Shown: positions 52,334 through 64,000 of the stretch, in pieces
Position numbering within the stretch: position 1 is the first letter of the stretch
Layout: every line of letters starts with the position of its first letter
DNA from: Lytechinus pictus
Lineage: Eukaryota
Length of the DNA stretch: 64,000 bases
NCBI RefSeq assembly: GCF_037042905.1
Contig: NC_087246.1
Coordinates: 3,536,001-3,600,000, forward strand
Direction of reading: 5' to 3'
Notes under the pieces: generated by a model
Seen by the model: only the letters and a program-made list of their open reading frames with translations
The model's database searches: none
Told to the model about the DNA's origin: nothing
Made by a program: the position numbers and the translations under genes

Positions 52334-52507
52334 CTTTTAGTTTGCTGGATGGACCTGTTTCCGAGCTTGGTGATTCCACCATAGCCTCTGCTATAGTCTG
52401 TTTAAGGTGTTCCTCAAGCATCTCTGTGCTTCTTTGCTGATTAGGGTAGCTCTCTGGCCAGCTACCACAACTAACTTCTAGTAGGTTTGATGCATGGTCA
52501 AATGTAC
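52334..52507 (-). CDS. BCAS3: BCAS3 exon (174 nt)
   Basis: tag|...|gtgagt; TFDHASNLLEVSCGSWPESYPNQQRSTEMLEEHLKQTIAEAMVESPSSETGPSSKLK (BCAS3 LLEVCGSWPE...LADAMAESPS). Confidence 0.92.
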
Positions 52508-52979
52508 CTAAACAAAAATCAATGGGTAAATTACTATCATAAAATGGATGTAGGGATCCTTATCAAATAACTGGCTGAGAGCCAATCATGTGACATGCAT
52601 CATTTCTTCTGTTACATGCACTGTATTTTTGACCAATCAAGGCAAGTGTTCATTAGGAAAGTATAATTTCACTTGCATGCTTCTCATCCCTGGATGTGCA
52701 GGGATGTCATACATGGTGCGCAGCAAGCCACCTCACTCTTCATCCATGACATATTTTGGGAACGTTCAAAGTGTGGTCATGTGACCTGAAACTAATGCAA
52801 GATGAGTTGGTACTTGGTATGATGTTCCTCCGAAATACTCCAAGAAGAGTTTTAACTGGAGGTATGCCGGAGAGTGTGGTCTAGTTTTTGTAAATTATTG
52901 GGTCTTTAGTAAGGGCATTTTTAAAAGTTGTCGTTGATGGCTGGTCTACAGTTTCTAGTAGAAGGCCAGGAGGAGGATA

Positions 52980-53315
52980 ATCAGTGATTCTTGATTAACC
53001 TAATGTCCAATTTTCATGAACTAGATCCATAAACTCTAAGTTTTGACATTTACAAAAATACCCCCAACATGGTCAAAGTTCATTGACCCCAAATGACCTT
53101 TGACCTTGGTCAAGTGGCCTGAAACTCATGCAAGATAATCAGTGATACGTGATAAACCTTATGTCCAAGTTTCATGAATGAGGTACAATATACTTTCTAT
53201 TAAAGTTATGAAATTTCCAAAACTTGACATTGGTTAAGATTTCAATGTTGACAACACCACCACTGCTGTCGGAAAAGTAGTGCATCAAGTCTCGCTCTTC
53301 AATGCAAGTGAGACA
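52980..53315 (-). mobile_element. Degenerate Helentron/DINE-like copy
   Basis: Reverse complement of the 5' end and internal repeats of 4249-5238; further fragments at ~58066-58188, 58973-59290 and 61915-61953. Confidence 0.6.
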
Positions 53316-53434
53316 AAAGCAAAAACAAAAAAAATATCATTGATTTGGTTTTTTTCTCTCTCTCTCTTTTACACGATCAACTTGTTTTTTCAAGGATTCC
53401 TTCTCCTATGATGATTTGAAAATTGTGATCTTAC

Positions 53435-53547
53435 CTGATCCATACTCTATACTAGCCCCAGCAGATCCCTCACAACTAGACAACCTTTGAACTCTTCCAT
53501 CCCTAGCTTGAGGGGTAGGTAGTGGATCCGACCGGAGGGGCTGAATC
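53435..53547 (-). CDS. BCAS3: BCAS3 exon (113 nt)
   Basis: aag|G ATT CAG...TCA G|gtaag; IQPLRSDPLPTPQARDGRVQRLSSCEGSAGASIEYGS (BCAS3 IQPVRSDP). Confidence 0.9.
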
Positions 53548-54023
53548 CTTTAAAGGGTATTAATAAACCAAATACAGAGAGTTGCTTGAAATTGGATAAC
53601 ATGGATCGTGTGTCAACTACACCCATTGCTTGTGACTAACATCAGACCGCCCTCATTTTTATCTTATGCAATATATTTTTCTTATTCAATATTCTTATGC
53701 AATATAGTCACAGCCCTTACCCCAATCACCAAAAGCAAGCATATATAATCTAATGTATAAATTTGTTTATTTCCAACATATGGGGTAGAATATACTATGA
53801 AAATAAGGGAAGGAAATACATCAACAATGCAAGATATCTATTATTGCTTTTTACAAGACAAAATGAGAAAGTGCATTAAAAAAAACTTTGCACATCCCAT
53901 GAGAGGCAGAATGATCAAGATGTGCTAAAAATGTTAGTACTTGTCATAAATATTTCATAAACAATAACCACTAATCAATTCAATTGAATATCATGAAAAT
54001 CAATAATCAAGCAGCAAACTCAC

Positions 54024-54217
54024 CTTAGTGATCTAAGATCCATGTCATCTACAGTCATATCCATGGCAGACCGGTTGGTTTCTAAGCCTTCAGTCAAAAG
54101 GGCAGACGAACTTGATGATAAGATTGTTGTACTGCTTGGTTGAGGGACTGTTTTGAAAACAAACTGTGGTCCCATCCATAGATGACGGTGTGGGCCTGCA
54201 TGTGTTACCATCTCAAC
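54024..54217 (-). CDS. BCAS3: BCAS3 exon (194 nt)
   Basis: tag|GTT GAG ATG...AG|gtgagt; VEMVTHAGPHRHLWMGPQFVFKTVPQPSSTTILSSSSS...DDMDLRSL(R), containing the hallmark GPHRxLWMGPQF. Confidence 0.95.
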
Positions 54218-55135
54218 CTAGGAATCATTTCATGAAACAAACAGTGATTTTCAATGGCAACTTCTATAACCTACTAAAATCCTTGCATGTGATTGGCTCA
54301 AAATAAATAAGGCAGTGAAAACAAGCCCCTGATGTACATAACCATCCATTTACCAGCAGACATCATGTAAGAATGATAAAATACTTCATCTTGTCAGAGA
54401 AAATGGCACTTATATGCTGAAGGTATATATTGAAGAAATATTGGTCCATGGTAGTATATGTGTGATTGGGCATCATCTTAAAAAGACAAAGTACTACAAA
54501 ATTAAAAAAGATGTTGTATTCTGCACTGCAGTTCTGACAGGTGAAAATAATATGATATTCTTGTTACAAGGGTGTTTGTAATTTTGATGAGACTAGCTGA
54601 AAGTTTTATCGAGAATTTCAGATGACCTCTCACAGATTTTAAGAATTAACTCAATGACACACAGCTAATACTACTTCTTACCTTGATCCTAATTGTAATC
54701 CTCTTCCTAATCTTAACCCTAATCCCAAATTGTTTACCCTAACCTATCAGTTTCTATGAAAGCTATGAAAGCAAGTCACAATATGAGTGACCACAGAAAA
54801 TGGAAAACTTAAATTCTCTTCACATTTTCAAAGTGACAAACTAATTATGTCTTTTGCTGCCATATTTTTTATTTGAGTCATTTCTGTCATAGATGTAAAA
54901 TTTTACATTATAATTAAACATTTCTCAACTTCTGCATATAATGAATTTTCTTTTAGTCTCATGAAAACAAAAAAGAATATCTTAATTCTTAAGAAAAATA
55001 AATAAAAAAGGTCTGTTCCTGGAAATGCATTTTTTTCCTTCATATTTATATGTAAACAATAGTTGAAAAAACATACAAAAACCACCATTATTTGTGATTT
55101 ATGTAGGCTTATTGATAATGATCCTTTCTCTGAAA

Positions 55136-55415
55136 ACATAATTAATGATGGCCTTCATCTGATTATCAAGAATTCTGAGTTGCTTGATTTCATTCAGCGA
55201 AGTTAGTTACAATGTGAACACATCGAAACTGGTAAGTGAAAATTCTGAGGTTTAAAGCCATTCTGAGGCTATAAGTCATTAACATAATTAATGATTGCCC
55301 TTCATCTGATCATCAAGACTTTTGAGTTGCTTGATTTCATTCAGCAAATTAAGTTACAATGTGAACACACCGCAACCGGTAAGTGTAAATTTCTGAGGTT
55401 TAAAGCCTGCACATA
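55136..55415. repeat. Two-copy ~147-bp tandem duplication
   Basis: acataattaatgat...tctgaggtttaaagcc at ~55136 and ~55283. Confidence 0.8.
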
Positions 55416-55769
55416 ATCAAGTAACCACACCAAGAGTGAAGCTAGCTGGAGACAGGAAGCAGCTGAACACAGCCTATCAAAGAACTGGCTAACTTTAGCG
55501 TAATCGCTCTAGAGCCAAGCTGCTCTTGATTTTGGTCAGATCATTGGGATGGCTCTTCATGAATTTGATTTACATAGATCTTCTGTCCTAACTTTAATAT
55601 ATACTAGGTATTTCTTTCAGAAGTATAGTGGGAAGTATTCATCCTCAGAAGGTCCGGCAATATCACTTTCTCCGTCAGGGCTTGGAGAGAACAGTAATTG
55701 CCACACTAACCTCAGATATTATAATTCCACTATACTTTCTCACACATAACATACATATGCAGGCCTTAC

Positions 55770-55873
55770 TTGTGATAACCAAGGTTCATCAAAGTCACTA
55801 TCCTGACAGCTACTATGAGCTGATGTAAGGCTCTCACAGGATTCATTCCTAGGTAGTGACTGGTACAGAGATC
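55770..55873 (-). CDS. BCAS3: BCAS3 exon (104 nt)
   Basis: tag|...CAA|gtaagg; SLYQSLPRNESCESLTSAHSSCQDSDFDEPWLSQ (BCAS3 motif EEWLSQ). Confidence 0.9.
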
Positions 55874-56806
55874 CTAAGAGAGAAACAAACAGAATCAAAG
55901 GTTACAAGAATGAGATACTTTCATGATGTACTTCCACAAAAGCTTATAAAAGAGTTCTGCATTGCACCCCATCAAATAAAATAAATACATTTACATATTC
56001 TATAAAATAAAGGTGTCGTGAATTTTCCATTTTTAACATACAATTCTCATGAAATACTATATTATGAATATTATGCTCTTTAAAGATGTAAGCATGTTGT
56101 TTTGAATGTGGTGAAATTAAATCGGAGGGTAATAACAGAGATGTGTCAACTAATGTTAATCAGCAATCTGGCACTATAGGCATGAATGTTCAAATCTAAG
56201 AATAGATGGAGTTTGATTGAGGCATTCTTGCATGGGAAACACTTGACATTGAAGATAATCTGGATGAAGTTCTGTTGAAAGGCAACAATGTAAATGATCA
56301 AGGTAATTTTGGCCTTGGATCCTAAATTCAGACTTCACTCGGACATAAGAAATTCCACTGGTTAGATCTTTCCAAAAGCATTCCAAATTAAAGTTTTTTA
56401 ATGTATCTACAATCTCTCTATCATTAAATAGCTGAGGAACTTAATAATACTATCAAAACATACATGCCATCCCATAATCTCTGTTTGATTACTGACACTA
56501 GCAGTCTTACCATTCATGTTTAAATTCTTATCAGCCCGAAACAAAAAAAATTTTACTGTAGCAGCTTCCAGACTTGGAATTCTATCCTTCTTTGAATAAG
56601 AGTGGCTATCAGTATTCTACCCAATTCATGTTTCAGACAAATATTCATTAATTAGCAGCAATGATGAGACAGATCACACAAATGGTAGCACTTCTTGAAT
56701 CGCATTGAAATATTGAACTTTGCAGATTTTATGACATTTTATGTTGTCACAACTACAAATGTATGTATACACACCTGTAAAACAGAATTTGTCAATGTTT
56801 AATTAC

Positions 56807-56904
56807 CTTGTGTGGCTATGATTGACCTGTCTACATCATCACTGAATAGATGTACTAAACTATTGCCTGGTATTCTTAGGTTGCACTCGGGTGAGTTGAT
56901 ACCC
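56807..56904 (-). CDS. BCAS3: BCAS3 exon (98 nt)
   Basis: cag|G GGT ATC...CAA G|gtaatt; GINSPECNLRIPGNSLVHLFSDDVDRSIIATQ. Divergent, but phases 2/1 bridge the neighbouring exons exactly. Confidence 0.8.
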
Positions 56905-57659
56905 CTGTATAAAGAAGAAAAGAAAGCAAACTATATGGCCAAACATCATACTGGTTTTTAAATGCAGAGTACAAATTTCAGCAGTTTTTTTTCTCCAGGG
57001 AATGAAACATAAAACTCAAATTCTTGACAAATAAAATTGAATACTTCAACAATATTACAAAATGTGTACACTAAACTATCTTAACAAGAGTACCGGTATG
57101 GAACAGTATGGCACATGAATAATCATTCAAAAATAATAACTATACTAATTCATGAATTTCCACCTTCTTAGGGAATACGCTAAGGCAGTAAGAGACTTTC
57201 AGTCTTGAAATAGCAAATCTAATCTTGCAATTTTAGCACACTGTGTTGTATTCATTTGAAGGGCATCATGCGTGGCTGGGTCAGAATGGTCATATTTTGA
57301 AATTTCCAGAATTTTCTGAAAGAGTATACTATTCTCTATTTATATGTACTTGGAAAATGAAAGAATAAACAAATTAAAATAGCAGTTATAACTTGAAAGG
57401 GAGACCATGGTTCGCTGCTGCTTATATCTATATGTCATAAGTAATATATAGAGGAGCAGCTAGTGAGTATGTTGTCTTTTTCATTATAACAATGTAAAGA
57501 TGAAACCTGGCAGTCTTGCATACCTTATGAAATTCATATAGAATGGGCTGAGAATTTCAGGATATGATCTTTGTCAGTAGATTTCTAATATCCAATTACT
57601 AACTATGTAAAATAAGCGCTAAAACAGCTATTTTAAATTCAAGAAACATTACTGAGACA

Positions 57660-57925
57660 GGCTGCTAGATTGGCTCAGTTGGTAGAGCGTCCATCTCACA
57701 ACCGGGAGGTCGGGGGTTCAAACCCCGGCCGCGTCAGACCAAAAGACGCTAAAAGATGGGAGTTGCTGCTACCCTGTTTGGCGTTTAACGATTAAAGGGA
57801 TAGAGCCTCGTTGATCTGGCGCTCCACAGTGGCTGCCGGGCCCACGATCAATTGGGCAAAGCAAATTTTCAGAGTATTTCATTTCATGTCTATTTCGAAC
57901 AATAAAATATGAATTTTCATTTTTT
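57660..57925 (+). mobile_element. tRNA-derived SINE (Val-CAC-like head)
   Basis: A box tggctcagttgg (57671), B box ggttcaaacc (57715); acceptor and anticodon stems do not pair; followed by a SINE body and AT-rich tail. Confidence 0.8.
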
Positions 57926-58233
57926 TAATCATCATCAAAATAAAAATCTAAACAGCCAGACAATGCCAGAAAAAATGCCATATATACATTCTAATGGGTA
58001 AAAAATGCATTCAATGACTATTACACTTTTATAATATTGTAATGTTTGATACTCAAGTATAGTTCACCTTAACCAAGGCTTTAGACTGGATATAACCTTG
58101 GTTAAGATTTCAATGTTGACATGCTACCACCATCACCAGTGTCAGAAAAGCAAATCCAATAGTCTCACTTCTGCTATGCAGGCAAGACCATCATGAATAT
58201 GCCAATTAAATATGAGAGAAGGAAGGGATTTAC

Positions 58234-58402
58234 CTTTGTAATCTCCATTGAGACACCATACTAGCTACAAGTTCTAAAGGTGAATCATCGCCTTTCTTGA
58301 TGCTAGCTGGGAGTGTAGCCTTTGGCTCTAAGGTGTATTCCACCAAGAACCCATGGCAGGACATAATGAAGAGGGATGGGATAGGAGACACTCTGGTAGA
58401 AT
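58234..58402 (-). CDS. BCAS3: BCAS3 exon (169 nt)
   Basis: (CT)n tract then cag|...AG|gtaaat; DSTRVSPIPSLFIMSCHGFLVEYTLEPKATLPASIKKGDDSPLELVASMVSQWRLQ(R). Confidence 0.92.
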
Positions 58403-59357
58403 CTGAGAGAGAGAGAGAGATGGAATACAAGCAGAGATAAAGATAGGAATGGGTGGTGACATATAGAGATAGGACAGAGATAGTACACAGGGAGAAGAGG
58501 AGAGGGGACAGAAAAGACAATGAAAGACAGGATAATAAAATGAAAAACAGATGGAAACAAAGAGACACGGGCGAGGAGAAAGAGACAAGAAATGAAATAG
58601 AGACATGAAGAGGGAGAGAGAAAGAAAGAGAGAGAGAAGGGGGAGGGGTAGAAAAGCAGACAGAGAAAAAAATATATCAGTACAAATCCTGTCAACAGTT
58701 TCTACACATAAATATATGGATTCTCATAACTATGCAAAACCAATATTGACCATAGGTTATTTGCATGAACATGGTGAGGCATATATAAAAAAATAGATTA
58801 TCAAAAAATAAATAAATGAAAAATAAATCAATAAATGAATGAATGAATAAATAGATACATGATCTATGCATATGTACTATACAATATTGTGTAAATCCTT
58901 CAATTATGGTGTCAAGATATTCATTTCCAAGAAAATGGCAAATTAGAGATTTAAACAAGTGGAATTTTCTGGTAGTCTCACCTGCATTATGCAATTCAAT
59001 ATAGCAGCAGTACCATTTTAGGAAACAACTGAAAGAAATTATTTTTCAAAAAGAGAAAAAAATCCATTTGACAATAAGATCCTACATTTGTTGACTTCAA
59101 ATGACCTTTGACCTTGACAAAGAACCATTATTCATTATATGTCATTTGCGATAGCCAGTAACTGACTCATAAAAGTTTCATAAAATTTGATCAACACAAC
59201 ATTTTTTTTAAAGAATGAACAAAATATCAATTCTTATCCAAATTAAATGATCTGAAATGACCTTTGACCTTGATCCAGTAACCTGAAAGAGTATAATTAT
59301 ATAAATAGAGGAATGAAAATTTAAATGAATAGATAGCATCCAATCTAAATAATTTAC

Positions 59358-59657
59358 CTTTTTCTCTAGACACCTGATTGGCTCCTTGCACATGCCCTCT
59401 AGATATAGCAAAACAGGTAGCAAGCCCAGAGTATTCACTGGCCCCAGAGCTCTGGGTAGGTGCCTTACCTCTCACTGGCTTGGTGGTGCTTGCTGCCATG
59501 CTAGTGGCTACTACACTTAGTGTGGTAGAGAGTTTGATTTGTTCTAAGGGTAAGATGGTGATGGTTTGGGGGTATGGGGGTAGACGAGGGTTACCGATGG
59601 CTACATTCAGTGTGCTGTTGTGAGGAATGGAGGCAATAGAATCCGGTGTATGGAAAC
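59358..59657 (-). CDS. BCAS3: BCAS3 exon (300 nt)
   Basis: cag|...|gtaaa, phase 1/1; FHTPDSIASIPHNSTLNVAIGNPRLPPYPQTITILPLEQIKL...CFAISRGHVQGANQVSREK (BCAS3 motif GNPRL..P....PL.QIK). Confidence 0.9.
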
Positions 59658-59939
59658 CTGTGGACATAGAAAACATCAAGTTTTATGAGGTGTTATTTTC
59701 TTCTTCAAAATAGGAGATTTTTAGATTAGGTCTATAAAACAAACAATCAATAGGGAAATAAATAACTAGAGGAAATCCTTTGTCAGTCTTGGATGCATAA
59801 TGTGATTCTATATGCATATATCAGCAGTGCTGACTTGAAGAAGACAAATTTTTTCAAAAAGAGGGGGAAAAAAAACAGGTTTTTTTTTTTTTACCTCAAA
59901 TTGACTTAGAAACTTGATATTCATGTCACTATTTCACAT

Positions 59940-60298
59940 AATAATAATAATCCACTTTCATATAGCGCTTAATACATCAGAACGACATGTCTAAGCACTT
60001 TACAGATATATTATTACCCCGGTCATCGGATTCAATCAGTCATTCCCACACACAATGTGTGCACATCCTTCACTCCCTGAGGAGTATTCCAGTCAGTCGC
60101 CGGTGAGGCGCACACAGTACTGGACAAGCTACAATGACTTTCACATCCTACCGGGTATTCATTTAGCATGCACCTGGGTCTCGAGTGGCATAGTGTGGGT
60201 TAACGACTTGCCAAAGGACGCCAGACCGTGGTGGGATTCGAACACACGACCCTCTGTTTACAAGGCAAGAGTCAGAACCACTACACCATGGCTCCTCC
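59940..60298 (-). mobile_element. tRNA-derived SINE, third family
   Basis: Minus strand A box tggtgtagtgg, B box tgttcgaatcc, (ATT)n tail; a related tail fragment lies at ~63275-63370. Confidence 0.8.
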
Positions 60299-60334
60299 AC
60301 ATCATTTGTGATATCTGACAACCATCCCATACAT

Positions 60335-60760
60335 GTTTCCATTTTCCATATTTTTTATTTAGTTGAAAACTATCAAGAAAATAAAGAATGTTCACCTCTC
60401 TCGTGACTCGGAAAGATGATTTATAATGTTACACTAGGCAAACACCATGATAGTCTACAAGTGGGACTACAATATGTAGTTCCACAAGCAGACTTTTATA
60501 GTGTTGACCAAGTGCATCAACAGAAAGTGATCAAACAAGCAACGATCATTTTCAGTAATACATTTTCAACACTATGAAAGTCTACATGTGGGACTACACT
60601 TTGTAGTTGCGTGTAGACTTTCATGGTGTTGACCAAGTGTAAAACAATCTTTCAGAGAAAGAGGTAAACATTCTTTATTTTCTTGATACTTTCCAACAAA
60701 TTCAAAACCAGATCAAGTAAATATAGAAAATAGATGGCTATTTCATGGATATAAAGATGT
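60335..60760. repeat. Palindromic MITE with two internal hairpins
   Basis: Outer arms tatcaagaaaataaagaatgtt / aacattctttattttcttgata; inner gtctac...gggactac-loop-gtagtt...agac hairpins twice. Confidence 0.6.
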
Positions 60761-60939
60761 AATATGTGCAATTTCAACAATTTTTTTAGCTTCTTTTTTT
60801 TTTACCCCTGCCAATTAACCCTAAATGCCTGTTAATTAATAGCGTTTAAACGATTTTCAAAATGAACATGACTCAGGCCTGATAGACAATACAATTCTAC
60901 CATAAATTTGCCATCAAGCAATCACATAGTAGCATTTCA

Positions 60940-61149
<210 letters not shown>

Positions 61150-62058
61150 CTATTTATAACTGTCCAGTGAAAAAATAATACATGGGGCTGAGAGTAATGG
61201 AGCCCTTTAAATATCCAAAACAGCCAAGTAGGCTGCACACTAGTCTCCCTAAATTACTTTTTACTTCAATATAAAAGTTACTGAAATATCATTTTCCTCC
61301 CTGTAATAGTCAATTACAGTGATGAAAACTGTTCATCTTTTTTAATACAGGATTGAGAATAGAATTCAAATAATGATGAGTGCATTAAAAGTTTGATTAT
61401 TATCGATCAAATTTTTTTTTTACCAGGAAATTATTTGTTGCTTGTTCATGGTTGATCTCAAAATCGTATCGCATATGCGGTAAACATGACATATATGTGG
61501 TTATCCAGAGGTCTAAATAATTGCAGTCGACGCTTAGAAAACCAAGAATAGACTTCTAATTAAATCACTACAAAAAAATATCCACAGGGGCGTTATAAGC
61601 CAAGTCCAAAACACTTCAAACTTGAAAATCTCTTATGTGATAGAAGCTGAAATCTTATCCTATTTTTTGTCACTGCTTAGTAATAAAACTATATTGGAAC
61701 TTTGGGTAGATTTTCTTTGCTATTAAAAAAAATAAACTTGTCTAAACTGAATGCCTTTTTTCAATATAGGTGACCCCTAAACAGAATAGTCTGAAATCTC
61801 ATATAAGATCAGCACATTCTATAATTAAGTTCTCTCACATTCTTCATTGCATTCAGTGAAATTCATTTACATCAGCCCTCAATGTGCAGGACCTTCCTGA
61901 ACCACATGAAAAGAAGCGCCCATAGTCTCATTCTGCTATGCAGGCAAGACAAAAAATTAAGAAACATGGAGGTTGGGCTTTAAAAAAGGTTGATTAATTC
62001 ATGGAATTGCCCGTTTTGCCTATAATGTGGCATCCTGATCATATGAAACTGCTATCTA

Positions 62059-62214
<156 letters not shown>

Positions 62215-62866
62215 TTAGAAAAATATAAATATCTATAAAGGTTCTTAAGTGGCATATTTTCAGGGGAACAAGATAAATCATATGATTTTACTTATTCAAT
62301 AAGGGAAAATACATATGCTGTTTCAGTGAGACATAGCATTGTGCCATCAAATATTTGATATTGATGATATTAATTTTAATCAAATAAATTGGTACCCTAC
62401 ATGATTATTCAACCTTTCTCATCAAATAATTGAAAAAAAAATATATGATTTATTTTATGTTACAGTATTAAATATGATATTGGTCATTTTTTTCCAATAC
62501 CACACCATGTAAAATTAACTGAATACTTGTAGCTCTAGAAACTAGTTTGTATCATATTCTAACACTTGAATATTTTTCATAACATGCATATCTTTACAGC
62601 ATTGTCTCATTTTTGTTGTGCTTATAATAATCCCAAACACATGGGCATCATCTTAGAATAAGTAAACATGATTCAAATCAATTTTAATTATGGAAAGCAA
62701 ATAATGGCATGATTTGTCATGTACCCAAGCATTGATCTTTCTTGTGATGGTTAAACCTCATGCATCCATTACTGATAAGACATTAATAAATATTCCCTTT
62801 TTGTTTTCATTCAACTCCTGGATGAAAAAAATATGGCAGTACTGAGTTTCTGAACAGTAAATCTAA

Positions 62867-63273
62867 ACTCTTCATTATGTGCTAACTTTGCATCAGTGTT
62901 TTAGATAAAGCACATCACCAAGACTTGATCTATACTCTTAATTGGGTGCTTACCTAGCATCAGTGTTTTAGATGAAGCACATCACCAAGGCTTGACCTAC
63001 ACTCTTCATCAGGTGCTTACCTTGCATCAGTGTTTTAGATAAAGCACATCACCAAGGCTTGACCTACACTCTTAATTGGGTGCTTACCTAGCATCAGTGT
63101 TTTAGATGAAGCACATCACCAAGGCTTGACCTACGCTCTTCATCAGGTGCTTACCTAGCATCAGTGTTTTAGATGAAGCACATCACCAAGGCTTGACCTA
63201 CGCTCTTCATCAGAGTTTTAGATGAAGCACATCACCAAGGCCTGATCTACACTCTTCATCAGGTGCTTACATA
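62867..63273. repeat. 67-bp tandem repeat, about 6 copies
   Basis: gcatcagtg recurs at 62890, 62957, 63024, 63091 and 63158, followed by a shortened last unit. Confidence 0.95.
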
Positions 63274-64000
63274 GCTAGTTTTTATATAGCGCTTTTCCCA
63301 TAATGGCTCAAAGCGCTTTACATCATATTATTACCCCAGTCATTGGATTCATTTCAATCAGTCAGTCCGCAAGCCCCTGTGTTAATGAGCAAATGAGCAA
63401 GATTTATCCAAGTCCTCTCGTGGCTGAATTCATGTCCCTGCAAAATCTCGTGAATTGTGAGACTTTCTTTCTCAAAGAATTTAACCACTTTCTCCTTGAG
63501 TAATATTGATTATTTTTGTACCATGGGCAAGAGTAAATGTTACTCTTTTATATTGGTCATTTCTTTTGAATGAAATATTTTGATAAATAAGTGAATTTTT
63601 TACCTGAAAAGATGCATCAAACAGAATTTTCTTCCTCTGTTTTCACTTGCAAATTGTGCAACATTTTGTGTTTTAGGCACCAACATTATTTATATCATCA
63701 GAAAGCTCAAACTCTATACTTTCTTACAATGTCACTCTTGATATGTGGCATCTTTTAGATGGGTCAGCAGCCAGCTTTATCCATCAAGATGCAAGACGAG
63801 ATTTCTGAAATTTCTGAGTAACATCAAATCCAGAGTTCTGATTGGCTGAATACTGTTTTCAAAACAAACAGGCGCGGGTAATTTGAAGAGATTACCACAT
63901 GGTGAGTGTGACCTTGCAGAGGCCCAGTGTGGGAAACATTGGAATTTGCGTGGGTGTGTGGTCTATGACCAATCAGAGCGCAGTATTCTTGTTTTTGAGC

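Noticed and set aside
54690..54745. Interstitial telomeric repeat (also ~31620)
   Set aside because: Only a few degenerate ccctaa-like units, which are common in repeat fragments.
56040..56640. Additional LINE ORF2 remnants (also ~39100-39400, 40200-40450, 44370-44700)
   Set aside because: Faint resemblance only, with many stops; cannot be supported without a translated search.
57660..57737. Functional tRNA-Val(CAC)
   Set aside because: Acceptor and anticodon stems do not pair, and the sequence runs into a SINE body and tail.
58303..58796. Hydrophobic or Arg/Glu-rich ORFs beside a BCAS3 exon
   Set aside because: Low-complexity purine/pyrimidine tract of the intron.
62867..63273. Tandem hammerhead ribozymes (CTGATGA on the minus strand)
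   Set aside because: No GAAA box at the right position (reads TAAAAC) and no complementary stem I.

Overview
AT-rich, intron-containing animal genomic DNA. The repeat landscape suggests an invertebrate deuterostome such as a sea urchin (inference only). Two genes converge tail to tail. On the + strand are five coding exons of a 14-3-3 epsilon-like gene (1881-25007; first exon lies upstream of the window). On the - strand are the last ten coding exons of a BCAS3 orthologue (62172 down to the stop at 47970). Every exon has GT-AG boundaries and the phases splice into one continuous frame per gene. Introns and intergenic DNA are packed with non-autonomous DNA transposons (hAT-, piggyBac-, Kolobok-, Tc1/pogo-, Sola- and Helentron/DINE-like), tRNA-derived SINEs and LINE remnants. 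A 4.4-kb 66/69-bp tandem array produces the three longest ORFs in the track. Most notable: about 10-fold enrichment of TACATGTA, which internal repeat comparisons show to be a CATGTA insertion at TA (the Tc1-type excision footprint); a decayed Penelope-type hammerhead; a nearly spacerless palindrome with ~400-bp arms in a 14-3-3 intron; a sharp GC3 jump between adjacent 14-3-3 exons; and a 67-bp array of splice-donor-like sites in a BCAS3 intron. No prokaryotic systems, CRISPR arrays or intact transposases are present. Transposon superfamily calls rest only on termini and target-site duplications (TSDs) read by eye.
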